This document shows, piece by piece, positions 36,591 to 49,849 of a stretch of DNA of 64,000 bases (its first letter is position 1; the number at the start of each line of letters is the position of its first letter). A program made the position numbers and the translations under genes. Under the pieces are notes generated by a model. It worked only from the letters and a program-made list of their open reading frames with translations, was not told the DNA's origin and searched no databases. The stretch comes from Ramazzottius varieornatus (taxonomy: Eukaryota; Animalia; Tardigrada): NCBI GenBank assembly GCA_001949185.1, contig BDGG01000001.1, positions 5,865,591 to 5,929,590 of the forward strand. Direction: 5' to 3'.

Positions 36591-38567
36591 TGTAGGTTTG
36601 CTAAAGAGACAGGAATTATGGGTACCACCGTGCCAGTAGCAAGAAGCAAGTAGTAGGGACCAATCTGGATGATTTTCGGAATTTTATACACTATTTTGTC
36701 TTGAAGTGAAGAACCAGAGCCTTTTATGTGAAATAAACTGGCGTCGCAGAGTAGTCTTGCATTGGGCAAGGACTGATGAGACTCATTTCACGGGATCCGG
36801 GTCCAAGCAGGTCTTCGTGGCCTGTTTTCCTTGTGTTGAACTACTGTAGTTCTGTCGCCTTGCAGTTGTTAAATTCAGTTGCTTTGCAGTAAATAGGAAT
36901 AAGGGTTCCGACCCTCTTCGCATTGTTCGACGATTGTCTTTTCCTTTACTCAAAAGCACAAAGAATTCTAACCAGGTCTGCGGAGAAGTGCATGCGGAAG
37001 GCTGAACGACAACGACAAGCTTGCCTACGGTACTTTGGGTGGCGCCACCACCGTGAGGAACTGCGAATATGTTTTTCTGACGGTGTAAATTTATTGTGGC
37101 ATCATTATCGAGTATTCGTAAAAAGACGCTTTCAGCCCGGAACAGTGCAATAGTTTCTTTCATCGTGAGTATGCGGAACGTTACGAGCACAACGAACTTA
37201 GTGAGCCATCAAGAAGACCATCTTCTGTAGGCCAGACGTGTCGCCCCTTCATCACCGAAAACGTCTGTGTAAAGTGAGCCAAATCTGTTGACAGTTATTT
37301 GTCCGAGACACAGCGTCCACTAGGGAAACACAAGGCGAAAATATTTTATCGCCGCGTCTACTTTCCAGGTGTTTTTCATTCCGCCATCTGTCGGTCGAAG
37401 AAGTGATTACGGTAGCCACTGACAAAGTCAACTCATTTGCGGCTACAACACATGCTGTTAATAGACAAACCACACAAGACCGCACAGTGGGGCTCACAGG
37501 TGACTTTTGCATATTAGAGTTGGCGTGGAGACTCTGCTTACGAGCAGATCAGTGAATCTGCACACCACACGCTCGTGTCTGCAAGCTTCAAATACTGCTC
37601 GATGGCAGTCAATGCTTGCCGAACGTTCAGTGGCTGAGACAGGGCTTTCCGAAGTCTATCGGCAAGAGAGAATGCTGCCGTAATCTCTTTTGGTAGTTTA
37701 GCATCACGTGCATGTTATCCGTTTTTATAGGCCATTAAGCCAGCAAGATGTTATTAAAAATGCTAGCCTGCATTCCGCATTGGCACGTAGTACAAACCAA
37801 GCAAGTTGGCCTCATTTGAAACAGCGTTCGCAACTACAGTGTACTGTGCTCGTTCTCATGATGGTAGCTTGGTTCTGATCGGATTGGTCAAAAAGTCCCT
37901 CTTAGCTCCGCCTTCTAATCGACCCTGCTAACCAAGTAGCGGAAGAACTGCGGTACGCATCGTCCACTTGGCTTCCTCGTCGCATTCGTTCGATCATAAA
38001 ACTGCGTTGGATTACCATAGCAATCCACAATCGATCGATTAGCTGTATATATCGAAGCGTCGCCTTCGCTGCCTCAGCATCACACTCCGCTGATTACGGC
38101 GTTTTGCTGCTCCATCCGATTATGTGGTCTGCTGGCCCAGTTGCAGAAACTCAACACTGCAGCGACGCTCTATATCTTCTTGTCCCGTCTTCATTGCATA
38201 AAAGCTTGCAATCCATCCGCGCATGGCTCTGCTACGGTAGCAGATGCGTTCCAACGTCCCTCAGCATACCTGACTCGAACCTTTGTTCCTCCGTGGCAGA
38301 AACGAATACGCAAGCACAAAGCACGAACGCACACAAAGCGTATGACAGCAATTCGAGCATTCGTTTGCTTTATCGATTTGACCTGTTTTCTCTGCTCTTT
38401 CCCAGTAAAGCTGCGTCAGCCTGCATTATCGTCATTATCCATCCGGAGCTCCTTATTAGTTGTCCGCACTCACAGTCAGGATGTTCCACAGCTCAGAGAA
38501 GATCAAAGTCGGTATCGGCTTTCTTCCATCATGTAGACTACGATACAATCGACACTTGACAGACATC

Positions 38568-41500
38568 ATGCCGCGGCAGAAGCAGCGGGCACTTAAAAGC
38601 AGGGATGAGCAGTTTCGGAGCGGCGTAGCGGTTGGTGGTCGCTATCCGCTTCGCTTTGTAGCGAAACTAGCGAACGGAGCTCTGGCCAAAACTGGACGTG
38701 GCGAAGCGGGATCCGTAGAAAACTACGAAAGCGGAAAAACGACCAAAGCGGAGCGGAAAGCCGAATTCCGCTATGGTAAATGTAAAAAGTCACAGTTTTT
38801 TCAGAGTTGAACGAGTGATTATCGTTCCAAATGCATATAGTTCTTAGAGGACAACCACCCACGTAAACCTTCGAGTGAGAGATGACTAAGCGATTGCAAA
38901 ATCAAGCACACCATACGGCACAAGTTGTCGCAAGAGGGCGACTAATCTCTTAACTTTAGTTGTCTAACGCATCTTCTGATAAAATCTTGACTTTCGCTCT
39001 TCCATGAAAACTTGTACAATCGGCTGTGCGAAGTGTACAAGAGGTTTGGTTGATTTTCGAGAGAACTGCTGAAGGATGGCCGCTACGGAGATTTTCATCG
39101 ACGAAGATGACGATGTGGAAGCGTCGGAAGCATCGAGTGGAGACCGCGACCGGAAGGCGAAAGAATTCTACTCCACCTTTTTCACGTCGTTAGCTACCGC
39201 CAGAGAATCGAAGAACAGCAAGAGCTACGTAGTTCATTCCGGGAACTGTCGTCTGTGCCCGAAGGAAAAGAAGATTGAGAAGAAGATATCATCCCGGGAC
39301 GGCTGCAGTAACTTCAAAAGCCATGTGTTGACTTTCCACAACAAAAACCAGGTAATGATCCCCTCTCCGGAACTTTAACAGCCATCATATTTACCCGGAT
39401 AGCTGGGATTGAATTCCCGTAAGCTTGTTTTCAATTTTATTGCTGGTACTAGGAGGTGGTGACGTTCTGTGCATCGTCGGAAGAAGCGAAACGAAAAGCG
39501 GACAATGGTACGCTCGTCGATTACTTTCCTTCGGCGAAGAAGAGGCGACTTGGACGGAAGCATCCCAAGTAGATTCGTCTGGACGAAGCCGTAGCTCTTG
39601 TCCAGGTGCAAACTCTGATCGCGCCGTCCGTGCCCGTCACTCGTTCTTTAATAAAGCTATCAAAGTTGCAGACAGTAGTTTAGAGGTAAAGCCTATCATT
39701 TTCCATATGGGCGCATGACGTCATATCGGGACAGCTGTTTCGTACTTTGTAGTGGCCGAAGAGGCACCGAGTCGTCAAAACGCTTCTACATGCGCAGTAC
39801 GTCAATATCAAAGCTGCGCTAGTCAGACTGTTGGACAAAGCGGACGCAGTGGCGATTAACATCGACATTTGGAGCAGTGAACGTCAGCGTGGGTACCTCG
39901 GCATCAGTGTCCATTTCATCGACGAGAAGTTCCGCTTTCGCAATTTCCTTCTCGCCTGTTCTCGCTTCAAAGGCTCACACACAGCTGAAGCGATACTCAA
40001 CTCGACAGTGGAGGTGATTGCGGATTACGGTCAGCAAAGGAAGATCTTCTACGTGGGTACGGACAATGGAAGCAATATCATTTGCGCATTCAAAGACTGG
40101 TTTCCGCAGTTCTATGGATTCAACAGCCCTGCCGATAGCTCAGGTACCGCTATGTAAAATTTCCTACAGTTTAGTCACTTGTCTGACTGGAAAAGTATCT
40201 TGCATTTACTCGCGGTTTGTTGCAGACGATGACTCACTTCAACAAGAAAGCCATCAGGAAAATATTCAAGAACTCGAAGATGCGGCTGCCGATGACGAAG
40301 AGTTCGGTCCCGTCGATCCTGAGGAACTCGACGTGGACAACAACTTGGCTAATGAAGTAGCAGAACTTCTCCTCCAAAAATATTGTTTACTTCCCGAAAG
40401 AAAAATTCTGGTGCGACACTTTTTCCGAGCTTCACGAAACTTTTCAAATATTTCTGCTCGGTTGGGTTACCATTTGTATTATTTGGTTTTCTCGTAGGTT
40501 CGATGTGTGGCACATTCACTCCAGCTAGTGGTCAAAAAGCCCGTGAAAAAGTGTGCAGTGGTCAACAAAGCGGTAGAAGCGCTGGCGTCAGTTGTTTCGA
40601 GCATTCGGCATTCCGTGAGCATGACAGAAGCTGTGGAGAAAGAGTTCGGACGAGCCTTAAAAGCGCGTTGTGCCACTCGCTGGAACAGCAACTTCATCAT
40701 GGCCGAGCACGCGTTGCAGATGGACTGGGACAAAGCGGGTCTTGAGAAGAAGTACCGTCTTTCTCCTGATTACGAAATCATTTTGAAAAAGTTCGTTAAA
40801 ACAACTGCGCCGTTTCAAACGGCCTTTCTGGGATTGCAACGTGATAGCATACCGGCCATCTGTCAGGTATTGCCTATTTTGTACGGTCTTCGGGTGCATT
40901 TGCACAATTTAGTGGCTGCTGGAGAGTACCCGTTGCTGGAAGCCTTCACCTTGGAGCTACTTGGACTTCTCGAAGAACGGTTCGACAAACTGGAGGAAGA
41001 TGACTTGTACTTGGCGGCTTCGTTTTTAGATCCCTCTTTCAAGCTACTTTTTTGCAGAGGATCAAAGAGAGCTGTCGAAACTGAAAAAAGAACCCGGGAC
41101 ATCATTCTGCGTATGATGCGAGAAGTGAAGTTAGCAGGACCTTGCGATACCACTCCTCTCGCAAGCAGTAGCAGAAGGTATGCTTTGATTTTCAAATATC
41201 AAAAAAATAAATAAATATATCACTACGAGACAATACCGAAATTTGCGTATATTCACTAGGCTGGTTTGTTCTTTCAGTGCGTCGAAGAAAGCTGAAGGAG
41301 CATCGGAATTGTTCAGCTTTATGGAAGACGAAGTCCCTCTGGCCAAGACTAAGCAAGGTCGGTTGAAGCAGAATATGAGCTCTATCTGAACAACGACTGG
41401 AGCGGCGAGAACCCTTTGAACTTCTACCGCATGAAAGGATATTTTCAAGAGGATGTGTGTGATAGCTATTTTATGTGCGCCAATTTTATGTGCGCCTGCG

Positions 41501-41950
41501 ACTACCGCTGGTATCGAGCGAATTTTCAGAATTTCGGGAAGAATTCTTAATGAGATTAGACTTCGTACCAATGGTCTGAATTTCGAGAGACTATTATTTT
41601 GTAATGTCAATCAAGACCTTCTTGATCTAATCGCGGAGAGCAAGCCTGCTGCAAAATGTTTCCAGTAAAAATTAATATTTTCAAAAATATTTCTATAGCG
41701 GTCCATAGCGGAAAGCGACCTTCGAAAATTCATAGCAAAACTAAAGTGGGAAGTAAGATCGAAGCAAAGCGGTAGCGAAGCGAAATGTTCCGGTTCTCGT
41801 AACTGCTTATCCCTGTTTAAAAGTACCAAGCCCAAGCTGACTGGCAGAAAGCAGAGTAGGCGTCGTCGGTAGCGCCCCGTTGTTCAGGTCAAAACTCCCA
41901 CGATCGCCAGTGCAGTCCAGAGTACCGCGGGATCGCTATCGGCCTCTTTA
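38568..41950 (+). pseudogene. Fourth H3-variant N-terminal tail, split by hAT insertion and truncated
   Basis: ATG 38568 gives MPRQKQRALKS (copy 1 is [11 protein letters not shown]). It continues after the element as TKPKLTGRKQSRRRR*, then RVPRDRYRP in another frame (cf. RGDRFR, RTDRFQP). No histone fold was found downstream. Confidence 0.6.
38600..41815 (+). mobile_element. hAT (Ac/ZBED-like) DNA transposon with degenerate transposase
   Basis: 15-bp TIR cagggatgagcagtt / aactgcttatccctg; 8-bp TSD cttaaaag / tttaaaag; AGCG(G) subterminal repeats. BED finger CRLC..SNFKSHVLTFH; motifs IDIWS..GYLGISVHFID, GSHTAEAI, TDNGSN, CVAHSLQL, TRWNS, ASFLDP; dimerisation domain LCAPATTAGIERIF. A frameshift near 41440 and a 15-bp duplication (ILCAP x2) suggest it is inactive. 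Confidence 0.93.
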
Positions 41951-43501
41951 CTTTCTTGTTTTCGCTCCTTTTACTTTCTTGTTTTCGCTCCGGCTCCGCA
42001 CGAGCTGTTTGCCACCAATGGTTAGACAAAGTTTGGAGACTCCGACAACGAAGGTGGGCGACGGTCAGCCCAAATTGAAAGCCTCATCTGCGCGAAACGT
42101 CATAAACCTGGTATTCTGGCTCTCCCAGACTTCCAGCGTCTTCGATGGGCGACCCATTTCCTCTTCCAAATCCCCAGGGTACCGCTGGGTGCTTTGGGAG
42201 ACTGCTGCGAAGATACCTCCCGGCCTTCGCTCCAGTAATTCAGGGTTCCACGCAGTGGATGTGGTCGGATAACGCATTTCAATAAACATAATGCTACGAT
42301 ATAAACGATTTACCAGCAGAAGTTGGACTTTGGGCTGCAGAAAAAAAATGTGGCAAAGATTTTGATCAGCAAATATCCGTCGAAGAACGTCCTGGATCAA
42401 TGCGAGCAGCTGCTGCAACGGCTGCAGCCATGTGGTGTAAGTCTAAACCAGCTATGCAGTTGGAAATGACAGTGGTGGAAAGCACTTCCGACCGAGATGA
42501 ACAGAGTAGCCCAGCGAAAACACCGATAAGCGATGTTACAGCAGCTGAAGAAAAGGGCGTATTCCTGCATGACAAATTTCTCCGCGCGTTCATGTCTTTC
42601 TATCTAATCGGTTCTGAGCATTCGGAGTCACTCTTTTCTGCACGAAGGCAGCAGCTGTTATGTATGTATTCACATTCCACTGTGTGACCGAACTCTATGC
42701 CGACAGCTCAGACTCCAACGTTTCTCCGTCTACGCTTTCTTTCTTGTCGAGAGGCAAGCAGCTTGTTTAGCTTGCCGGAACACCGAGTCCCGCTGCGGAA
42801 GCGCATAATTATTTTACATATCAGCTAACATGGCCGATAACTTTCTCGGTTACTGAAATACAAAGCGCCCTGCTAAACCGAGTAGCCATTCCGCAGTGTA
42901 CTGTGTGAACTAATCTTATATCCATATCCGTCCTATTGGCTCACATAACTACCGAGGAGAATATTTCTGCCACAAATATCAGCTGAAATATTGGCAGGTC
43001 GGAATATACAAAGAAAAGCCCCTAGCAGATCAGCCGTTCTAGCAATCTTGCCTCACATCAACAGCGTCGGCTAACCAATAGATCGTAACACCATAATTTA
43101 ATATCAGTATGATCTGTCTGCTAACGCATTCTAACCCCATTGTAGACCGTAATCCGCCAAAAATATCTCGTTTCTATGTTCGAAAACGCAAACCTTTGCG
43201 CTATCCATGGGCATTGTGTGACGAATATGCCGCGCGGCAGCGCTCTAACACCACGAAGTGAATTTTTGGTGTAGACCAACGTCATTTTCGATATTTTCGC
43301 CGTCGGTAATATTCCTTCTTCTCGTTACAGCTTCATATGGTGATCAATTTAAGTCTTCACCATGACAAGGTGTTTTGGTGCTCCAGGTTGATACCGACCA
43401 ATTTTCAGTGACCGAAAGCACAAAGTTAGTATTTGAAACAATCCTTAAACAACGAAACAGCCACGCACACGGTACATCTGTTACCTGATCGACCTGAGTT
43501 A

Positions 43502-43646
43502 CTGTAAATATTCGCTGCGTCCGCGCAGTACGTCATCGTACAAGTGAAGTACAGCCCCAGTCCAGTTTCACGGATTGCGCAACCTCCTACGGGGGTGCAT
43601 GGCTACGTACGAGTACGTACTGCGCGGATGCAGCGGATATTTACAG
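43502..43646. mobile_element. TA-flanked MITE
   Basis: ta|ctgtaaatattcgctgcgtccgcgcagtacgt ... acgtactgcgcggatgcagcggatatttacag|ta. Confidence 0.85.
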
Positions 43647-43801
43647 TACTTCGTCGGTCGCACTTGGTTGGTGATCGCCGCTGTAGTCAGTAACAGCATG
43701 ATATTATAGTGCTTCGATTTGCTACTACCTGTCGTGAATACTATGGGCAGCTCTTTGCTGTGTCGGTTTCAAATTCGAAGACGAAACGTAAATCCGACCG
43801 A

Positions 43802-45020
43802 CAGTGATGCGCCGTACCCATTTAAGCTATGGAGCGTGAATTTTTACCCCTACCCCTACCCCGGGGGCCCCGCCCGATTCAGAAACTTGGTTTCTGGCCA
43901 TCCTTTAGCGCACTTCAACGGCTCCCACACATCCCAGCGCATTCTGAGTGGTTTAGTTACTTTCAAGCCAGTGCGTGCTAGGCTGTGGCCAAAGCTTTAG
44001 CTTTAGATTCGCGTGCCCTGGCGCGACAACTTGTACTTCGGCATATTTGCGGTAACGTAGCTGACGGCAGTGCAGAATCTCGAGCGAGTTTCAATGCCGA
44101 AATACGGTACTTCAAATTCTGTTAAGGTCGGATTCATAACAGGGAGGGGAGCAATTCTGAATCAGGAAATTTCTGAGCCGCTAGCCAGATCACTTCCTCT
44201 AGAAAGTCTTGACTGATCTTCTCAGCGTAGGTGTCGTTTTGAATGTTTTGATTGAGAGGATTCGCTCTTGTTCATCCCGCTTCCGGGGAAATCCCGGCGC
44301 CAAGACACGCGAATCTAAAGCTAAAGCTTTGGCCACAGTAAGGATGCCCATTCCGCCTGGCTTGCTTCCTGGAACGGAATTCGGAAAGCAATTCTTAATT
44401 TTCCCGTTTTCTTATTTTCCGTTTCCTGAAACGGCTCAACCAGAAACTGGAATTCCAACACGGCAGTTCAGAAGCAAAAAACCAGTCGGTAGCTCGGTTT
44501 AGGCCTGTCTGACAAGCTCAGCAAGATCGTTTCCAAGTGGCGCACGAATCCAGCCAGTTACAATAACAACGTGCACCACTTCGAGATCATTTTTGTCGAG
44601 TGTGTTTGCTGACCTTGCTCTGCTTCTATGTAGTGAGCAAAAGTGACACCAAAACTCGACCGATTGGCGCCAAATTTCGCTGGGCAAAACCAGATTTTGA
44701 TAAGCGGAATTCCGGCCAGATCCTTGTATTCCGATTAGGAGTTCCAGCGTTCCAAATCGATTTCAGCCATAACGGAGCAGAATTCCTATTTTCCAAGCGG
44801 AATTAGGAATGGAACGGAAAACGGAACGGGCATCCTTAGGCAACAGCCTAGCACGCACTGATTTGAAAGTTTCTAAATCATTTTTGGAGTGCGCTGGGAT
44901 GTGAGAGCCGTTGACGTGCGCTGAAGGATGGCGAGAAATCGAGTTTAGTAAATCGGGCGGGCCCCGGGGTAGGGGTAGAAATTCCTGCACCATAGCTTAA
45001 TTGGGTACGGCAAATCGCTA
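43802..45020. mobile_element. Composite non-autonomous hAT element with ~185-bp inverted arms and nested TIR elements
   Basis: Perfect 8-bp TSD ccgaccga (43794-43801, 45021-45028); arms 43802-~43990 and ~44839-45020. Inner inverted-repeat pairs: 43983-44338 (ctgtggccaaagctttagctttagattcgcgtg) and 44341-44836 (ta|aggatgccc...gggcatcct|ta). Confidence 0.82.
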
Positions 45021-46047
45021 CCGACCGAAGTCTGCACATCCCTGGACGAGATTCGTTAGGCACAGAAGACACAGTAAATTTGATAAATCCAATGTACTTC
45101 CGATCTTACTAAAACTCTAAAGTGTAGAGATAGAAAAAGGACAAAGACGGAAGTCACGTGCTCGTGGTGAAAAAAATATCGGCTGGACCAGACATCATGA
45201 GCCATATCTGGCTTCAACCACTGGGAATACGTCTTTCAACTCTTTCTGCAGTTTTACTAAATGTTCTCTGCACACGCATATTATTGCGTAACTCTTCGGC
45301 AATTGAATTCAGAAATCAGAGTGCCACAAACCAGAAAACTCGCGAAGATATGGCCGGCGACCTAAAGCTTGATCACACTTCCGCCAAGTGCCCGCTGGAG
45401 AACAGCCTGCGACTGCTGTATACGTTCGCGCTGGTCTTTGATCACTCTGAATCTATTTCATTTCAGGTGGCAACGAAATCTCCATAAACACAGCCGGTAA
45501 CAGAATAAGTCTACGTGCTGTCTGCAACACTGTACGCAGTGATGGTCACCGGTAACCCATCAGTTGATTGACCTACCAATACCATTCCACGAGCGCCGCA
45601 TACTCTCCTGCTCGTCCCAAAACCAGTGTTGAACAGGTATTAGGTTTTCAGTACTCGGTAAAGTAAAGTATTTTGGCTGCCCTTGCCGTTAAAGTATCGG
45701 TATTTGTGTAAATGCACCGTTATTACCTCCGGTAAAGTACAGATCAAAATGAGTAACTGAAGGTATTGGGAACACCTTATAAATTAAACCGCTTTACTTC
45801 ACAACTGTTACTCAACTAAACTCATTAAACTGCGAAAGTGGAACATACGCTGAATTTCTCGTCAGCTACCGACAGCAGGTGGTAACTAATTATATGATGG
45901 ATAAAGGCGTTAACGAGATACTCGGGCAGTGGCAGTCACGGTATCATCGTGGCCTAAAAAACGATGGTAGCCCAGGTATTGTCACTAAGTGGTATTCGAG
46001 CACATAGCGGTCGCCATCGGTAAACCTGTTACCGGTGGTACCCTCAA

Positions 46048-46330
46048 CCAGAGTGAAACAATACTGCCTCTAGTGTGTTCACTGCAGTACAGGCCTCTGT
46101 ACGGGCTCGTTGATACACCGGAGAAGTCCAATCCCACAATCGAGCGTAGAAAGACCAGACAGGGAGGAATTTTCCTGTTGATCGTGAGTTAGCCCTTGAT
46201 TGACTAGGGAGGCATTTTGTAACTTCAGTTCCGCCGTTGATGCTGGACATCATTGATTGACTGTGAAATGTGTATCAACGCGCACTTTTAATGCAGTGAA
46301 CACACTAGAGGCAGTATTGTTTCACTCTGG
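46048..46330. mobile_element. MITE-like element with perfect 39-bp inverted repeat, abutting an N gap
   Basis: ccagagtgaaacaatactgcctctagtgtgttcactgca and its exact reverse complement ending at 46330. Confidence 0.65.
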
Positions 46331-47128
46331 NNNNNNNNNNNNNNNNNNNNNNNNNNNNNNNNNNNNNNNNNNNNNNNNNNNNNNNNNNNNNNNNNNNNNN
46401 NNNNNNNNNNNNNNNNNNNNNNNNNNNNNNNNNNNNNNNNNNNNNNNNNNNNNNNNNNNNNNNNNNNNNNNNNNNNNNNNNNNNNNNNNNNNNNNNNNNN
46501 NNNNNNNNNNNNNNNNNNNNNNNNNNNNNNNNNNNNNNNNNNNNNNNNNNNNNNNNNNNNNNNNNNNNNNNNNNNNNNNNNNNNNNNNNNNNNNNNNNNN
46601 NNNNNNNNNNNNNNNNNNNNNNNNNNNNNNNNNNNNNNNNNNNNNNNNNNNNNNNNNNNNNNNNNNNNNNNNNNNNNNNNNNNNNNNNNNNNNNNNNNNN
46701 NNNNNNNNNNNNNNNNNNNNNNNNNNNNNNNNNNNNNNNNNNNNNNNNNNNNNNNNNNNNNNNNNNNNNNNNNNNNNNNNNNNNNNNNNNNNNNNNNNNN
46801 NNNNNNNNNNNNNNNNNNNNNNNNNNNNNNNNNNNNNNNNNNNNNNNNNNNNNNNNNNNNNNNNNNNNNNNNNNNNNNNNNNNNNNNNNNNNNNNNNNNN
46901 NNNNNNNNNNNNNNNNNNNNNNNNNNNNNNNNNNNNNNNNNNNNNNNNNNNNNNNNNNNNNNNNNNNNNNNNNNNNNNNNNNNNNNNNNNNNNNNNNNNN
47001 NNNNNNNNNNNNNNNNNNNNNNNNNNNNNNNNNNNNNNNNNNNNNNNNNNNNNNNNNNNNNNNNNNNNNNNNNNNNNNNNNNNNNNNNNNNNNNNNNNNN
47101 NNNNNNNNNNNNNNNNNNNNNNNNNNNN
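46331..47128. other. Assembly gap (others at 5236-5285 and 29941-29990)
   Basis: Run of N. Confidence 1.
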
Positions 47129-48401
47129 GAGAGCCAGCGAGGCTAAACTGATAACATCTGATCACACTGGGCAGCGACGACTCATCACGTGGTTCAGTGC
47201 GCGATAATTTGGTAGCACTACAGTAGTTTATAACAGTATCTTGTAGATCGAACTCCGTTCTAGCGTAACATCTTTTTTCTTCTCGAGAGCGTCTCTCAAA
47301 GAGAGTAAATGAACAATCCGCAGTCTCGAAGCGAAAGAGGCAAACAGCTGATCGGCTGATGGGCAGTTGGACACTGTCCGTGACAATTTTTTACGGTTAA
47401 GTTTCACTGCGTTACGTCATATGCACGATTTCCATTTCTGGCTCACATACAGGATGATAATTTGCCGTTCTTTCCGCTTGTCCAATAATTCTTACTGTCC
47501 CATAACAACCCGTCATACGTGTAGTAATTATCACAGCTGCCGCATGAGTTGTGACATTGGGATTTTGCGCACCGTTAGGCGGCAAGGCGAACATAAAAAT
47601 GAAGCGTTCGTGCGCCAGGCAAGAAGTCACGTGAGAGTTTCGCAAAAGTGCACGGGGATCGCAGCATCGCGAAAGTTGGATAACGATAACTTTACGCGGG
47701 TAGAACGCCATTGGTTGCAAAATACGACTGGCGACCCGCCTTCTTGATCGGTGGTCGGCACTTCTATTTGCGAAGAAAAATACGCGATTTGTAGCGGGTT
47801 TTGCACACAGTATCCGCCCCACAACGAGAGTACAATTTTTAACTAGCTGATTCTCAAATCAGACGCGCCTTCTGCAGTTTTCTATTCGTTATTAAGTACT
47901 CGTGCAACCAGCAGTAACGCCACGATATGCAGCTTGAAAACAGCACAATACTCCACGCGGCAGCAGCTTTAAGACGCCTTCCAGCATTTCCGCTGACAGC
48001 ATGCGCTATCGCTCAGTTTGCTATTGGTCGAAAAGTCTCTGCAAGCCTGTCCTCTGATGTACATGACTCATGCTGGCTAACAGTCAGCAGGTTAAAAAGT
48101 CGACCTGATCACAGCACCCAGCAACGGTGAGCACCGAGCCGCTGTCGTCCGTGCTATAAAATCAACCAGGCTATGAGTCATCTACAATACAGTGTCGGAG
48201 AACCACGTTCGCCTTCGACGAGGCTCTGCGTGGCAGGCTTATCACTTCGTCCACACAACACGAACAAAGCACTTCGTTCTCTTTTGTCGACCCATCGGGA
48301 ACCTTCATTTTGTGCCGGCTGATAATTCCATTTAGTACGGACTAAAGGTCAGCCAACAGCCGCTGTTTCGCTACCCGTCACTGGGTGCCAGTCAGAAAAG
48401 G

Positions 48402-48438
48402 TATAAAAGCCCGCATGAGTGAAATTTCTCGCTCAGTC
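48402..48438 (+). promoter_or_regulatory. TATA box plus Inr core promoter of H3 variant copy 3
   Basis: TATAAAAG at 48402 and TCAGTC at 48433 (~31-nt spacing), ~200 bp upstream of the ATG. Confidence 0.55.
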
Positions 48439-48632
48439 GCTCTGCATATTTCCGTACACGTGTTTTCCACTTCACATCGATTTCCGCTCAAGTTCAAAAA
48501 TTTCCCTACACGTGTACGCACTTACCAGACGCTTGCATAATTTTTCCCTGATTGTCCAAGGTGTTCTCCACACGCCTAAATTTCTCGTTTGATTTTCCGT
48601 CATCGATCCAAGAGTAGAAAAAATTTTGTACA

Positions 48633-49849
48633 ATGGCCAGAACCAAGCAAACCGGCTCGATCCACCGTTGTCAGTTGGCTCCCAAGTCGGTCACCAGCCC
48701 TCGTCGCATCTCTCCCATTCCCACCACATCCCGACACCGAACTCCGTCGCCGGAATATGGAGCTGAATCCCGACGATCCACCCGAAGTCACGTCGTTCCT
48801 CTGGCTGAACGCTTCGCCACCAAGATCAACCCGAGGCCCAAATTTTCCCAAGCTATCCGTCGTCCGGATCCCGGACCGTCCCAAGAGTCCTTGGACGGTG
48901 GTCGTCCCGCAGGCCAGACCGAGAAGGCCAAGAGGAAGAAGAAGCGAGCAATGCCAGGAATTCTGGCCTTGAAGGAGATTCGGAAGTTCCAGGGAACTTC
49001 CGAGCTCCTCATCCTCAAAGCTCCGTTCAGCCGCCTCGTCCGGGAAGTCGCACAGAGGTTCATGCCTGACGTGAGACTCCAGTCTTCCGCCATTGCAGCT
49101 CTCCAGGTATGTCTTCTTTCTGCAAAAGCATACAGCCACTTCAGATATCTTCCTTGATTATCTTGAAATACTCTCTCAAAGGAAGTTCTACCCAAAAAAA
49201 ACGTACTATGTTCTCACCTGTTTTGCTGATTCGTCTGATCAGAAGTTGTGACGTGGTGGATGAATCCTTCGATACAGAAACGATACTTCCAACGGCTGTC
49301 GCAGTTTTCGCGATATCAATGGGAAAGAATATCCGGTGTTTTTCTTATGCGTGTTGAGAAACTCGAGATAATCCAGCACCGAACACAAACCTTGATGTCG
49401 GTTTCCTTTGAGCAAAGTTTGAGCTTCTGAACGATATCAGCTGAAGAGCGTTTTTTGTTCAAGTACACTTCCGCTCGCTTGCCTGTCCACTGTACCACAT
49501 CTTGCAGTGTCTTTGCCATGACCAAACAACTGATTATCAGTTTCGTCTTTTCTTTTTCGCAGGAGGCTACCGAATATTACGCAGTTAACATCTTCGAGGA
49601 TGTTAATCTGTGCGCCATTCACGGCAGGCGAGCGACCATCATGCCGAGAGACTTGACTCTGGCTCTTCGACGTAAGCTCCACAATTATTTCCTCTTCCTT
49701 CCTGATCATTTCCGCAGGACATTTATCGAAATGTTTATTGAAAACTCTTTCCTGTTTTAGTGCGGGGAGAGAAGGTTCCTGCCCAACGCCTAGCTTCTCG
49801 TCCTCAGACAGCTCTGCACCCTGGAGGACTCGGACAACCCCGTCGATAA
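48633..49849 (+). CDS. Divergent histone H3 variant (copy 3); exons 48633-49106, 49563-49671, 49761-49849 (223 aa)
   Basis: Starts MARTKQT; fold [51 protein letters not shown]|[36 protein letters not shown]|LRGE. The frame is open across GT-AG introns. Confidence 0.9.

Noticed and set aside
46257-47207. 316-aa and 286-aa ORFs
   Set aside because: Artefacts of the N gap.
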